From Dehalococcoidia bacterium (GTDB lineage Bacteria > Chloroflexota > Dehalococcoidia > Lucifugimonadales > UBA3495): 64,000 nucleotides of DNA. Location: assembly GCA_030740155.1 (NCBI GenBank), contig JASLXV010000074.1, forward strand, positions 1 through 64,000, read 5' to 3'. Under the pieces are notes generated by a model. That model was not told the DNA's origin, did not search any database, and saw nothing but the letters and a program-made list of their open reading frames with translations. Within the stretch, counting starts at the first letter, position 1; each line of letters begins with the position of its first letter. Made by a program: the position numbers and the translations under genes. Below are positions 39,777 to 50,793 of the stretch, piece after piece.

Positions 39777-40976
39777 CTAGCTCTCGGCTTTTGATGCCGC
39801 CAGCGCCCGCTGGGCGGCCGCCAGGCTGGCGCCGTAGGCCAGCTCGTAGCCCATGCCGGAAAGGATAACCTCCAGGGCCGACAGCAGGGCGAACACGTTG
39901 ATCTCCCGGGCGGAATCGCCCATCAGACCGATGCGCCACACCTTGCCTTTCAGGTCCCCAAGACCGCCACCGATCTCGATGTTGTAGTCGTCCAGCAGGG
40001 TCCGCCGCACTGTGGCGTCGTCGATGCCCTCCGGAACCAGAGCCGCGGTCAAAGGGTTGAGCCGGGACCCCGGAGGGGCCAGGAGGTCGACGCCAATCGC
40101 TTCCAGGCCGGCCCGCAGCGCCGCCGCTACCCGGGCGTGGCGGGCGATCCGGTTATCGACGCCCTCTTCCATCATCATTCGCAGGGACTCTCGCAGGGCA
40201 TAGGTCATCGAGATCGGGGAGGTATGGTGGTAGGCTCGCGTCTGGGACCAGTAGCCCTCCAGCCCTTGCAGGTTGAAGTAGAAACTCTGAACCTTGGTGG
40301 AGCGGGAGTCGATGGCCTCCATTGCTCTGGCCCCAAAGCTGATGGGGGCCAGGCCGGGAGGTGCTCCCAGGCACTTTTGGGTGGCGCTGTAGCACACATC
40401 GATGCCCCAATCGTCGATCCGCATCTCGTGCCCGCCGAGAGAGGTAACGGCATCGGCGATGACCAGGGCTCCATGCTGGTGAGCGAGCTCCACGATCTCC
40501 GGGAGCGGGGTCAGCACCCCGGTCGAGGTCTCGGCATGGACCACGCCCACCGCCTTGACCTTGGGGTGTTTCTTGAGTTCCCGGGCCAGACCTTGAACGT
40601 CCACCGGCTGGCCCCAGGTTGTATCCACGACATGGACCTCGGCGCCGCACCGCCGGGCGATCTCCCCCAGGCGGTCGCCGAAGAACCCGTTGTTGCAGAC
40701 CACCATGGTGTCACCCGGCTCGAGGATGTTGACGCAGGCCGCTTCCATGGCGCCGGTGCCGGTGGAGGACATGGGCAAAGTCCAAAAGTTGTCCGTGTGA
40801 TAGACCTGGCGCAGCATGTCGCACACCTCGTCCATCACCTGAAAAAAGGCCGGGTCCAGGTGGCCGACCACCGGCTTCGTCATAGCCTGGAGAACCCTGG
40901 GATGAACGGAGCTGGGGCCAGGTCCCAGGAGAATTCTCTGGGGCGGCTGTAACTCGTCGGCGTATGTATTGGTCAC
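39777..40976 (-). CDS. alanine-glyoxylate / serine-pyruvate aminotransferase (class V PLP)
   Basis: LLGPGPS, HAETSTG, DAVTS, SATQKCLGAPPG, WRIGLMG; GTG start after GAGGAGG. Confidence 0.92.
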   Translation of the reverse strand: MTNTYADELQPPQRILLGPGPSSVHPRVLQAMTKPVVGHLDPAFFQVMDEVCDMLRQVYHTDNFWTLPMSSTGTGAMEAACVNILEPGDTMVVCNNGFFGDRLGEIARRCGAEVHVVDTTWGQPVDVQGLARELKKHPKVKAVGVVHAETSTGVLTPLPEIVELAHQHGALVIADAVTSLGGHEMRIDDWGIDVCYSATQKCLGAPPGLAPISFGARAMEAIDSRSTKVQSFYFNLQGLEGYWSQTRAYHHTSPISMTYALRESLRMMMEEGVDNRIARHARVAAALRAGLEAIGVDLLAPPGSRLNPLTAALVPEGIDDATVRRTLLDDYNIEIGGGLGDLKGKVWRIGLMGDSAREINVFALLSALEVILSGMGYELAYGASLAAAQRALAASKAES

Positions 40977-41112
40977 GCCTGTCCTCCTCAAGTCTTAACG
41001 CAAGCTTTGCTGGACCCAGGGGCCTCACGGGCCTCAGGGCCGTTCCAGTAATCACTTTCAAACCGATCCGCGCGCCGGCAGGGCCCGGATGCAGCTCCAG
41101 TCCGGGGGGCGC

Positions 41113-41910
41113 CTAGACGACCGCCGAACTCCCTCCGTCGATGTTGACGGCGATGCCGGTCAGGTAGCTGGCCCGCTCCGATGCCAGGAAGGTAATCACG
41201 TCCCCAGCCTCGTTGGCCTCGGCCACCCGCCCCAGCGGCACGTTCCGGCCCTTGGCCAGGCGGTCGTAGAATTCATCGATGGTCACGTCGGGCTTGGACT
41301 CCTTCAAGAGGGCGTAGCGCCGCTCGTGCTGTCCGCTCTTGATCAATCCGATGCAAACGGTAGTCACCAGGATATTGTCCTTGGCCAGGTCTTTGGAGAG
41401 GCCCTTGGTAATGGCGATACCCGCGGCCCGGGAGATGGAGGTGGGCATCGAAGACGGTCCCGGCGTCCGGCCTCCCAGGTTGGTCACGTTGATAATGCGT
41501 CCACCACCGACCTTGCGCATCTCGGGGATCGAGGCGCGCATCAGGCGGACGGCCCCCCAAACCTTCAGATCGAAGTCCGCCTCCCAGTCTTCCTCGCTGA
41601 CTTCCTCGAACCCCTTGGCCATCGAAGTGCCGGCATTGTTGACCAGGATGTCTACGCGGCCGAACTGGTCCACGGCCGCTTGCACCACCCGCGCGGCGGT
41701 GCCGCGGTCCTTCACGTCCGCCGTAATCGGCACCACCACCCCTTCGGTGGCGGTCTTGATTTCTTGGGCAGCCTGTTCGAGCACCTCGGGCCGCCGGGCC
41801 ACAATGAACACTCGCGCGCCTTCCCTCGCCATACTGAGGGCCGCGGCCTTGCCGATGCCTTCGCTGCCCCCGGTAATGATCGCCACCTTATCCTGCAGTC
41901 CCAGGTCCAT
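41113..41910 (-). CDS. short-chain dehydrogenase/reductase (atypical, catalytic Tyr not evident)
   Basis: TGGSEGIG, LVNNAG; TSISR at the YxxxK position. Confidence 0.88.
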   Translation of the reverse strand: MDLGLQDKVAIITGGSEGIGKAAALSMAREGARVFIVARRPEVLEQAAQEIKTATEGVVVPITADVKDRGTAARVVQAAVDQFGRVDILVNNAGTSMAKGFEEVSEEDWEADFDLKVWGAVRLMRASIPEMRKVGGGRIINVTNLGGRTPGPSSMPTSISRAAGIAITKGLSKDLAKDNILVTTVCIGLIKSGQHERRYALLKESKPDVTIDEFYDRLAKGRNVPLGRVAEANEAGDVITFLASERASYLTGIAVNIDGGSSAVV

Positions 41911-42131
41911 TCCAATGCCTCCCCAAGGCGGATTGAGGGCCGCAGCCCATTATATCAACTTTAGCAACATCCCGGATGCCGCCGAATCTCTGGAGGGCCC
42001 TTGACCGTCGCCGCCGCCTAGCTGGGGAGCGGCGTCCCGGCAACCAAGGTCGATGCCTAACCGCTGCCAAGAAACGGTCTTCGTCTAATCTTCGCCGTGG
42101 CGCGGGGCGATGGGTTCAGGCGCCTTGGCAA

Positions 42132-43340
<1,209 letters not shown>

Positions 43341-43369
43341 CTGTCAAATCCTCGAAATTAGTCCAGCAA

Positions 43370-44035
43370 TCAGCGATCTGCTGTTTGCGGATGGGTGTTC
43401 TTGATGAATGCCCGAATCTTTGCATGATCCTTGGCCCCGTTCGTCTCCACTCCGCTGGAAACGTCCACCCCCCAGGGTCCCACGGTGGCCACGGCCTGGG
43501 CCACGTTGGCCGGGGAGAGGCCCCCTGCCAGCAAGAAGGAGAGTCCCCGCTGGGACAGCGACGCCGCGACCTCCCAGTCGAAGCTAGCTCCCGTGCCTCC
43601 CTGGAGCCCTGCTACCAACCGGTCCAGCGTCACCAGGTGCCCGGCGTCCCGGTAGGACCGGACGCGGTCGCCCAGGGCGGTTACCGCCGCCTCACCCGGT
43701 ACTGCGGCGTCGACATGCACCACCTTGATGACCCGGCACCGAACGCTCTTGCAATACTCCAGCGTCTCTCCGCCGCAGAGCTGGGCCAGGTCCAAACCGC
43801 AGGTCCGGATAGTCCGGTTCACCTCGTCCAACGGCTGGTCGGCGAACAGCCCCACCACCTTGGGGACCGGGCCTCCGGAAGACCGCAACTCTTTCACGAT
43901 GCCCAGGGCCGCTCCGGGCTCCAGGCAACGGCGGCGGCCGGGCACGAAGACCAGCCCGACGTAATCGGCGCCCGCCTCGGCGGCGGCCAGGGCGTCGGCC
44001 AACTCCCGGATACCGCAAATCTTGACCCTGGTCAT
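43370..44035 (-). CDS. trpF: phosphoribosylanthranilate isomerase
   Basis: RVKICGI, GGTGASFDW, LAGGLSPANV, VDVSSGVE. Confidence 0.95.
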   Translation of the reverse strand: MTRVKICGIRELADALAAAEAGADYVGLVFVPGRRRCLEPGAALGIVKELRSSGGPVPKVVGLFADQPLDEVNRTIRTCGLDLAQLCGGETLEYCKSVRCRVIKVVHVDAAVPGEAAVTALGDRVRSYRDAGHLVTLDRLVAGLQGGTGASFDWEVAASLSQRGLSFLLAGGLSPANVAQAVATVGPWGVDVSSGVETNGAKDHAKIRAFIKNTHPQTADR

Positions 44036-44838
44036 GGGCCGTCCGGCGGGATGGCCTGTCCGGTGAATTCACGGACCTTTTCGCCCACGTCGGGAGCGGT
44101 GACCAGCGCCTCTCCCACCAAGACGCCGTTGACCCGCGTGCGGCTCAACCGGCGCAGATGCTCCTGGCTGTTGATGCCGCTCTCGCTGACCACGAGCCTA
44201 CCCCTGGGAACCAGGGGGGCCAGCCGCTCGGTGACCGCCAGGTCGGTGTCGAAGGTGCTCAGGTCCCGGTTGTTGATGCCGATAACCTCGGCGCCGGCGT
44301 CCAGGGCCACCCGCAATTCCGCTTCGTCATGGACCTCTACCAGGCATTGCATCCATAGCTCCTGGCTCAGATTCAACAGCTCCTTGAGCTGCTGGGGCGA
44401 AAGGATCGCCACGATCAGCAGCAGGGCGTCGGCCCCGGCCGCCCGGGCCTCGTGCACCTGGTACGGGTCGAAGATAAAGTCCTTGCGCAACACCGGCGCC
44501 CGTAGCGAGGCCCCAGCTTCTTTGATCCGGACGATGTGGTCCAGCTCTCCCTGGAACCGGGGATCGGTTAGCACGGAAATTGCCGCCGCTCCGTTGCCGG
44601 CGTAGGCGCGGGCGAGCCGCACCGGGTCGAAGCTGGGGCACAGCAGGCCCCGGGAGGGCGAGGCCTTTTTCACCTCGGCTATCAACCGTATGCCGCTTCC
44701 CAAGAGGGCGCCCGACAGGTTCAACGGCGCCGGCCGGGACCCAACCAGGTCCTGGAGCGCCTCCAGCGGGACCGCCTCTTTCTGGCCGGCGACCTCACCG
44801 CGCTTGGCGGCGACGATTTCGTCAAGGATGCCCGGCAT
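44032..44838 (-). CDS. trpC: indole-3-glycerol phosphate synthase
   Basis: IAEVKKASPS, LRKDF, GINNRDL, VSESGI. Confidence 0.96.
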   Translation of the reverse strand: MPGILDEIVAAKRGEVAGQKEAVPLEALQDLVGSRPAPLNLSGALLGSGIRLIAEVKKASPSRGLLCPSFDPVRLARAYAGNGAAAISVLTDPRFQGELDHIVRIKEAGASLRAPVLRKDFIFDPYQVHEARAAGADALLLIVAILSPQQLKELLNLSQELWMQCLVEVHDEAELRVALDAGAEVIGINNRDLSTFDTDLAVTERLAPLVPRGRLVVSESGINSQEHLRRLSRTRVNGVLVGEALVTAPDVGEKVREFTGQAIPPDGP

Positions 44839-45021
44839 CAGCCCAGCCCGACCTCCTGTTCTTTGACCAGTCTGGCCAAGGAACTGAGTTGGAATTCGGC
44901 AAGCTCTACGAGAAGAGTATCCACCGGTCGACTATACCTGATCTTCATCCCTGGGACGCCTCGCCGGGCAAAAAGTTACCATCACGTTCTCTATTCCCGC
45001 TACATATCTTACGCTTGGCAC
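44838..45021 (-). pseudogene. degenerate DUF4258/DUF2283-like toxin-antitoxin remnant
   Basis: 36-aa ORF MKIRYSRPVDTLLVEL... (44948-44838) overlapped by fragment ...VMVTFCPARRPRDEDQV* (45021-44932). Confidence 0.5.
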
Positions 45022-45043
45022 AGGCCTTTCTTCCAGTTTGGCT

Positions 45044-46069
45044 TCAGCCAGCATCCTTACCCAGCCGCTGGCTCAACTCGATCAGCCCATCCAGCTTGGC
45101 GAGGGCCGCGCCGCCGTCGATGGATTCAGCGGCCAGCTTGATGCCCTCCCCGATGCTCGACACCAGGTCCCCGACCAGCAGCACGGCCGCGCTGTTCACG
45201 AGGACTATGTCGCGGATCGGCCCCGGTTCGCCCCCGAATACCTGCCGCATGGTGGCCGCGTTCTCTTCCTTGGTGCCGCCGCGAATATCCGCGATGGAGC
45301 GTTCCGGCAGGCCAATCTCCTCCAGCGACAGCATCCAGGTCCACAGCTCGCCGTCCTTGATCTCCCAGATGACCGTGTCGCCGGAGAGGGTGATCTCGTC
45401 GAGCCCGCCTTCCCCGTGGACGATAACGCAATGGTGAGTCTCCAGCAGCCGCATCACCTCGGCCATCTTTTGACCAAGCTCGGGGAGGGCCACGCCCAGC
45501 AACAGGCTCTGAGCGCCCGCCGGGTTGGTCATAGGACCCAGGATGTTGAACACGGTGCGGATGCCCAGTTCCCGGCGGACCGGCGCGGCGTGGCGCATGG
45601 CCGGATGAAAGACCGGGGCGAACATAAACCCGATGCCGGTCTCATTGATGCAACGCTCCACACCCTCCGGAGGCAGGTCGATCTTGACGCCCAGGGCTTC
45701 CAACACGTCGGCGCTGCCGCAGGAGCCGGAGGCGGCCCGGCCCCCGTGTTTGGCCACTTTCAGTCCGGCGCCCGCCGCCACGAAGGCCGTGGCGGTGGAT
45801 ATGTTGAACGTGTTGTTGCCGTCGCCGCCGGTGCCCACGGTGTCCACCAACGGGCCGTCCACGTTCACCTTGAGGGCCTTCTCCCGCATCACCGTGGCAA
45901 ACCCGGCGATCTCCAGGACAGTCTCCCCTTTGAGACGCAGGGCGGTGAGGAAGGCTCCCAACTGGGCCGGGGTGGCCTCCCCATCCATGATCTCTCGCAT
46001 TACGGTGGCGGCATCGTCCCTGCTGAGGGAACCGCCGCCGACCACGGCTTCAATGGCTTCACGAATCAT
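45044..46069 (-). CDS. trpD: anthranilate phosphoribosyltransferase
   Basis: DTVGTGGD, FNIST, KHGGRA, GSADVLEALG, RTVFNILGP. Confidence 0.96.
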   Translation of the reverse strand: MIREAIEAVVGGGSLSRDDAATVMREIMDGEATPAQLGAFLTALRLKGETVLEIAGFATVMREKALKVNVDGPLVDTVGTGGDGNNTFNISTATAFVAAGAGLKVAKHGGRAASGSCGSADVLEALGVKIDLPPEGVERCINETGIGFMFAPVFHPAMRHAAPVRRELGIRTVFNILGPMTNPAGAQSLLLGVALPELGQKMAEVMRLLETHHCVIVHGEGGLDEITLSGDTVIWEIKDGELWTWMLSLEEIGLPERSIADIRGGTKEENAATMRQVFGGEPGPIRDIVLVNSAAVLLVGDLVSSIGEGIKLAAESIDGGAALAKLDGLIELSQRLGKDAG

Positions 46070-46186
46070 CGGTCTGGTCTCTCCTGTGCCCCGGCCTTTG
46101 GCCCGGAAGATGTCGCTGCTTTTAGCTTGGAACCCCCATTGTAGCCTTCACCGTTCGCAAGGGGAACTGGACTGGCGGGCCCGCCT

Positions 46187-47557
46187 TTAACGCCCGTAGC
46201 TGCCGGTGAGCGTACTCTCGGCCAAGACGTGCCCGGCCATCGCGCCTTGGACCGATTCTTTGGACGCTCCGGCGGAGAGGTCCAGGGAACGGTCCAGGGC
46301 GTAGAGGAAGAACCGGTACTCGTGGGCCGGTCCCGAGGGCGGGCAGGGGCCGCCGTAGCCGGTCTCGCCCCAGCTATTGCTGCCCGGCACGCCGCCGCCG
46401 GTGGGCTCGCCCTCCGGCAGCTCCAGGGTACCGGCCGGGATATTGAAAACGGTCCAGTGGTCCCAGGTGCCGCCCGGAGCGTCGGGATCGTCCATGATGA
46501 GGGCGAAGGTCGCGGTCCCCGGTGGAGGTGAGGTCCAGGAAAGGGCCGGGGAGATGTCCTCTCCGTCGCAGCTGTAGCGGAGGGGGATCGCGCCGGCGTC
46601 GGGGAACGCGGTGGTGAGCAGAGCGAAGGGCTCCGGAGCGATCGTGGCCGCCGGAAACGTGGGCGTCGCCGGCGGCGGAAGGGTGGTCGAGGCTGCGGCC
46701 ACGGTGAGGGACCGGGTGGAGCCCCCTTCGATCGAGATTTGATGGCCGCCGGGCGAGGCCCCATCCGGCACGACGAGAGCGCCCCGGCATACGTTGACGT
46801 AGCACCCGAGCGAGCCGAAGGGCTCGTCATCGAAGTACAGGTAAAACGATCTGGCCGACTCGATGTACCCCGTCACGGTCCCGTCGGCGGCCCTGAGTTC
46901 GGCATGGCCGCCGGTGCCCTCAACCCGGACCTCTTCTCCCGGCGCCGCCACCGAGGGCTCAATCTTGGACAGCGAAGGCCAGATCGTGACCTCGGTGGAC
47001 CCCGGGGTCCCGGTGTACGGTCCAGGGGTTGGCGTTGGCAACACGGTAGATGCTGGCGCGGGATCCGGCGTGGCGGCGGAGGATCCGGTCACGGTGAGGT
47101 GCCGGCTCGAGCCCCCTTCGACGGAGATCTGGTGGCTGCCGGGGGATGCCCCTCCCGGCACGGTGAGAGAGCCCCGGCAGGCGCCGGTTTGACACACGAA
47201 GGAGCCGGCCGGCTCGCCATCGAAGTACAGGTCGAAGGATCTGGCCGACTCGAGGTGGCCGGTCACCCGCCCTTCGGCGGTGGTGAGCTTGGTAAGGCCG
47301 CCCAGGCCCTGAAGCTGTACCTCTTCTCCCGGCGCGGCAACCGAGGGTTCGATCTCGGCAAGCGAAGGCCAGACCACAACTGGGGTGGTCTCTGGGGGCC
47401 TGGTTGCCGGCCTGGTGGTAGGCGTCGCCGTCGGAGATGCCGTGGAAGCCGGAGAGGTGGGCAAAGGACGGGCCGTGGCAGCGGCGCCTCCGCAGGCTAA
47501 TAGCGACAGCGCAAGTGCCAGTGCCGGAAATATCTTCAGGGAGACCGCGCCCTTCAT
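46187..47557 (-). CDS. lipoprotein with two repeated ~94-aa domains and a C-terminal YbhB/YbcL (PEBP) domain
   Basis: Lipobox LLAC; duplicated WPSL.EIEPSVAAPGEEV...ISVEGGS; DDPDAP, DHW, GYGGPCPP, HEYRF. Confidence 0.85.
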   Translation of the reverse strand: MKGAVSLKIFPALALALSLLACGGAAATARPLPTSPASTASPTATPTTRPATRPPETTPVVVWPSLAEIEPSVAAPGEEVQLQGLGGLTKLTTAEGRVTGHLESARSFDLYFDGEPAGSFVCQTGACRGSLTVPGGASPGSHQISVEGGSSRHLTVTGSSAATPDPAPASTVLPTPTPGPYTGTPGSTEVTIWPSLSKIEPSVAAPGEEVRVEGTGGHAELRAADGTVTGYIESARSFYLYFDDEPFGSLGCYVNVCRGALVVPDGASPGGHQISIEGGSTRSLTVAAASTTLPPPATPTFPAATIAPEPFALLTTAFPDAGAIPLRYSCDGEDISPALSWTSPPPGTATFALIMDDPDAPGGTWDHWTVFNIPAGTLELPEGEPTGGGVPGSNSWGETGYGGPCPPSGPAHEYRFFLYALDRSLDLSAGASKESVQGAMAGHVLAESTLTGSYGR

Positions 47558-47833
47558 GATGCTACTCACTCAGGCCAAGGCGGCCGCGCCTGGCCTCGCT
47601 GGATCTTCCGCCTTCCGCCGGTAGGGCCGGTGCTTCTGCGATGTCGATGTCAAGGATCATCATAGCGGAGTCACCTCCCCTTCGATCCAAACCCGATAAA
47701 GGCCAAACCCGATTACGGCCCTTGAGGCCGGCGGACCGGATGTTGTTCACGTTCTTGGCTGCGGTGGTACGCCTCAGTATAGAAGCAGGTTGCCGGTGGG
47801 AAGTTCCCGGGGAGGCGGCAGATTGCGAACGGC

Positions 47834-48406
47834 TTATCCTTTCACCCGGTCTAAGAAGTTCTGCAATAGGGCCTTGCCCTGGGGCGTCATGATGGACTCC
47901 GGATGGAACTGGACACCCTCCACCGGGTGCTCTTTGTGGCGCAGTCCCATAATCAGGCCGTCGTCGGTCCAGGCGGTGACTTCCAGGGAGTCGGGCAAGG
48001 TCTCCGGGTAGACCACCAACGAATGGTAGCGGATAGCCTCGAAGGGGTCAGGCAGCCCGGATAGCAAACCCTTGCCGCTGTGGTGGATCATGGAGGTCTT
48101 GCCGTGGCGAATCTCGGCGGCCCGGTCCACGCGAGCGCCGTAGACATACCCGATGCATTGGTGCCCCAGGCACACTCCCAGGGTCGGCAGTTCCGGCCCG
48201 AAGCGGCGAATCACGTCGTTGGAGATGCCCGCTTGCAGGGGGGTGGACGGCCCCGGCGAAACGATGATCCCCTCGGGGGCCATTTCCTCGATGTCCTCCA
48301 GGGTTATTTTGTCGTTGCGGACCGTCACCACCTCGGCGCCCAACTCCGACAGGTACTGGTACAGGTTGTAGGTAAAGCTGTCGTAGTTGTCGATCATCAA
48401 CAGCAT
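47834..48406 (-). CDS. trpG: anthranilate synthase component II (glutamine amidotransferase)
   Basis: IDNYDSFTYNL, SPGP, GVCLGHQ, RYHSL, QFHPES. Confidence 0.95.
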   Translation of the reverse strand: MLLMIDNYDSFTYNLYQYLSELGAEVVTVRNDKITLEDIEEMAPEGIIVSPGPSTPLQAGISNDVIRRFGPELPTLGVCLGHQCIGYVYGARVDRAAEIRHGKTSMIHHSGKGLLSGLPDPFEAIRYHSLVVYPETLPDSLEVTAWTDDGLIMGLRHKEHPVEGVQFHPESIMTPQGKALLQNFLDRVKG

Positions 48407-48846
48407 CAGAACAACTCCACGAACTCCAACCAGTTGCCGTCGGGGTCCTGGGCGTAGAGGGCCTTGCGCAGCAGCTTGCCGTACTCGTCCTCGAGGGCCG
48501 CCGGAGGGTTGTTGAACCGCAGGCCGCGCTGGGAGGTCTCGGCGTGGAATTTGTCGATGTCCGTCACGAAAAATGCCAGGTGGGCCGCGCCCAGATCGTT
48601 GCGGTTGATGCCGCCCGGACCGCTGGAGGGCGAAATGTACTGGATCAGCTCCAGTTGGTGGCCCTCACCCTTGTCCAGAAAGGCGCCCTTGATGTGGGCA
48701 TCGGGGAAGGCCAGCAGCTGGGCGGCAAACCCACCCTTGCGCTCCATGCGGCCGGCCACCCGCATTCCCAGGACGTTGACGTAGAAGTCCATCGACTTCT
48801 CCAGGTCTTTGACCACAAATCCGGTGTGGAAGAATGAGGTCATCAT
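48406..48846 (-). CDS. VOC/glyoxalase family protein
   Basis: HTGFVVKDLEKS, LELIQY, HLAF, DPDGNWLE. Confidence 0.88.
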   Translation of the reverse strand: MMTSFFHTGFVVKDLEKSMDFYVNVLGMRVAGRMERKGGFAAQLLAFPDAHIKGAFLDKGEGHQLELIQYISPSSGPGGINRNDLGAAHLAFFVTDIDKFHAETSQRGLRFNNPPAALEDEYGKLLRKALYAQDPDGNWLEFVELF

Positions 48847-48885
48847 GGGTTCCACCTCCTCAGAGACAAACAATTAGACCGCACC

Positions 48886-48942
48886 CGTGGTTCGACAGGC
48901 TCACCACGAACGGGTGAGGTTGGTTCACCGCGAACGGGTGAA
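48886..48942. repeat. family-B REP half plus tandem TCACC(A/G)CGAACGGGTGA
   Basis: Matches the 33804 element. Confidence 0.65.
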
Positions 48943-49048
48943 ATCCGCCGGCCCCGAGCGCGTCACACGGCCTGGACTCAGCCCGTTCCTAGCTATCATA
49001 GATTCATGCATTGATAGGTAAACTTGGTTTAGAGCTTGGTTGTGGTCC

Positions 49049-49095
49049 AAATCCCCCGTAGTCCCCCTTTAATAAAGGGGGAAACAGGGGGATTT
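49049..49095. repeat. palindrome family D (AAATCCCCC...CCCCCTTT-AAT-AAAGGGGG...GGGGGATTT)
   Basis: Nested inverted repeat. Confidence 0.7.
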
Positions 49096-49163
49096 CCCTC
49101 GCAGCGCAGCCTTCCATGTTGTTTGGGTACTAATGCAAGGGTCATTAAATAGGCGCGTAGCGC

Positions 49164-50624
49164 TCACTCCCTTCCCTCCGCCAGGTCGATGGCCCGCATC
49201 AGCGCGCCTGCCTTGTGCCTGGTTTCCTGATACTCGTCTTCGGCCACGCTGTCCGCCACGATGCCGCCGCCGGCCTGAACGCACATTGTGCCGTCCTTGT
49301 AGATGCCGGTGCGAAGGATCAGGGCGGTGTCCATGTTTCCGGAGAAGCTGAAGTAGCCCACGGCTCCCCCGTAGGCGCCCCGTTTCTCGCCTTCAATTTC
49401 CGCGATGATTTCCATGGCCCGGATCTTGGGGGCGCCGGAAACTGTTCCCGCCGGGAAGCAAGAGCGCAACGCGTCATAGGTGGTGAGTTCCGGCTTCAAA
49501 CGTCCTTCCACGTGGGACACCAGGTGCATGACGTGGGAAAAGCGCTCCACGTCCATGAGTTGGGTCACCGAAACGGTGCCCGGTACGCTGACCCGGCCGA
49601 TGTCGTTGCGTCCCAGGTCCACCAGCATGATGTGCTCGGCCCGCTGCTTCTCGCTGGTCTTGAGTTCGTGTTCCATGGCATCGTCCTCTTCGGGCGTGCG
49701 TCCCCTGGGGCGAGTCCCGGCGATGGGATGGGTCGCCGCGATGCCGTCCTGTACCTGTACCACCGTCTCGATGGCCGCGCCGACGATCTGGAAGCCGTCC
49801 AGGTCCAGGTAGTACATATAGGGTGAAGGGTTTACGCTGCGCAGTGCGCGGTACACCTGGAACGGGTGGGCGTCGGTCCGGCGGGAGAACCGCTGGGAGT
49901 TGACTACCTGGATGATGTCTCCGGCGTAGATGTACTCGACGCACTTCTCCACCGCCACGCCGTAGGCCTCCCTGGTGAAGTTTGAACGTGTGTCCGGAGG
50001 GGATTCGGGAGGGCCTCCGGTCCGCTCCAGACCAGCGGGAATCTTAAGGGGCTGAGCCAGCCTCTGGACCAAGTCATTGATCCGCGCCGTGGCCTCTCCG
50101 TAGGCCCGGTCCACGTCACCGTCCAGACGGACGTGGCTGACCACCTTGATGTCGTGCCGCAGGTGGTCGAACACCAGTAGCGTGTCAACGAAGGTGAACA
50201 CCGACTCGGGCAAGCCCTGGGGGTCGGCGGGCATGGGGGGCACCCTGGGCTCGAAGTAGCTGATAGCGTCGTAGGCCACGTAACCCACGGCGCCGCCGTG
50301 GAACCGGGGTAGCCCGGCTACCGGGATAAGCTGGAACCGGTCCATCTCGGCCTGAACCAGGGTCAGCGGGTCCACCTGGCCTCCGGGCTGGCCCGGCCCG
50401 GTCTTCATGACCTGGTACGGCTCGGTCCCAATGAAGCTGTAGCGACCCAGCCGCTCCCCTCCGGACACGCTTTCGAGCAGGAAGGAGTAGGGAGGGCGGG
50501 CCACCTTCAAATAGGCGGATACCGGCGTCTCCAGGTCGGCATTGATGGAACGGTAGACGGGCACCAGGTTGCCCTGTCCCGCCAGCGCCTTGACTTCTTC
50601 CAACGACGGGGAATACTTCGCCAT
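49164..50624 (-). CDS. trpE: anthranilate synthase component I
   Basis: FLLES, NPSPYMY, PIAGTRPRG, EHIMLVDLGRND, PAGTVSGAPKIRAM. Confidence 0.96.
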   Translation of the reverse strand: MAKYSPSLEEVKALAGQGNLVPVYRSINADLETPVSAYLKVARPPYSFLLESVSGGERLGRYSFIGTEPYQVMKTGPGQPGGQVDPLTLVQAEMDRFQLIPVAGLPRFHGGAVGYVAYDAISYFEPRVPPMPADPQGLPESVFTFVDTLLVFDHLRHDIKVVSHVRLDGDVDRAYGEATARINDLVQRLAQPLKIPAGLERTGGPPESPPDTRSNFTREAYGVAVEKCVEYIYAGDIIQVVNSQRFSRRTDAHPFQVYRALRSVNPSPYMYYLDLDGFQIVGAAIETVVQVQDGIAATHPIAGTRPRGRTPEEDDAMEHELKTSEKQRAEHIMLVDLGRNDIGRVSVPGTVSVTQLMDVERFSHVMHLVSHVEGRLKPELTTYDALRSCFPAGTVSGAPKIRAMEIIAEIEGEKRGAYGGAVGYFSFSGNMDTALILRTGIYKDGTMCVQAGGGIVADSVAEDEYQETRHKAGALMRAIDLAEGRE

Positions 50625-50793
50625 TCAGCCCTTCCCGGTCTCAACCTCGCGACCGCTCAGCCCCTCGACCTATCGCGAGACCGCGGCGTACCCTGAGGTC
50701 GCTGAAAATTTGGTCCCGGTACGTCTCGCCTTTGCGGCTTATCCGGGCATGGCCGCCAGGAATAAAATAGATTCTTGGTCACAGGGAGCCTGG

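Noticed and set aside
41911..42131. trpA or a remnant after trpB1
   Set aside because: Too short and no TrpA-like motifs seen
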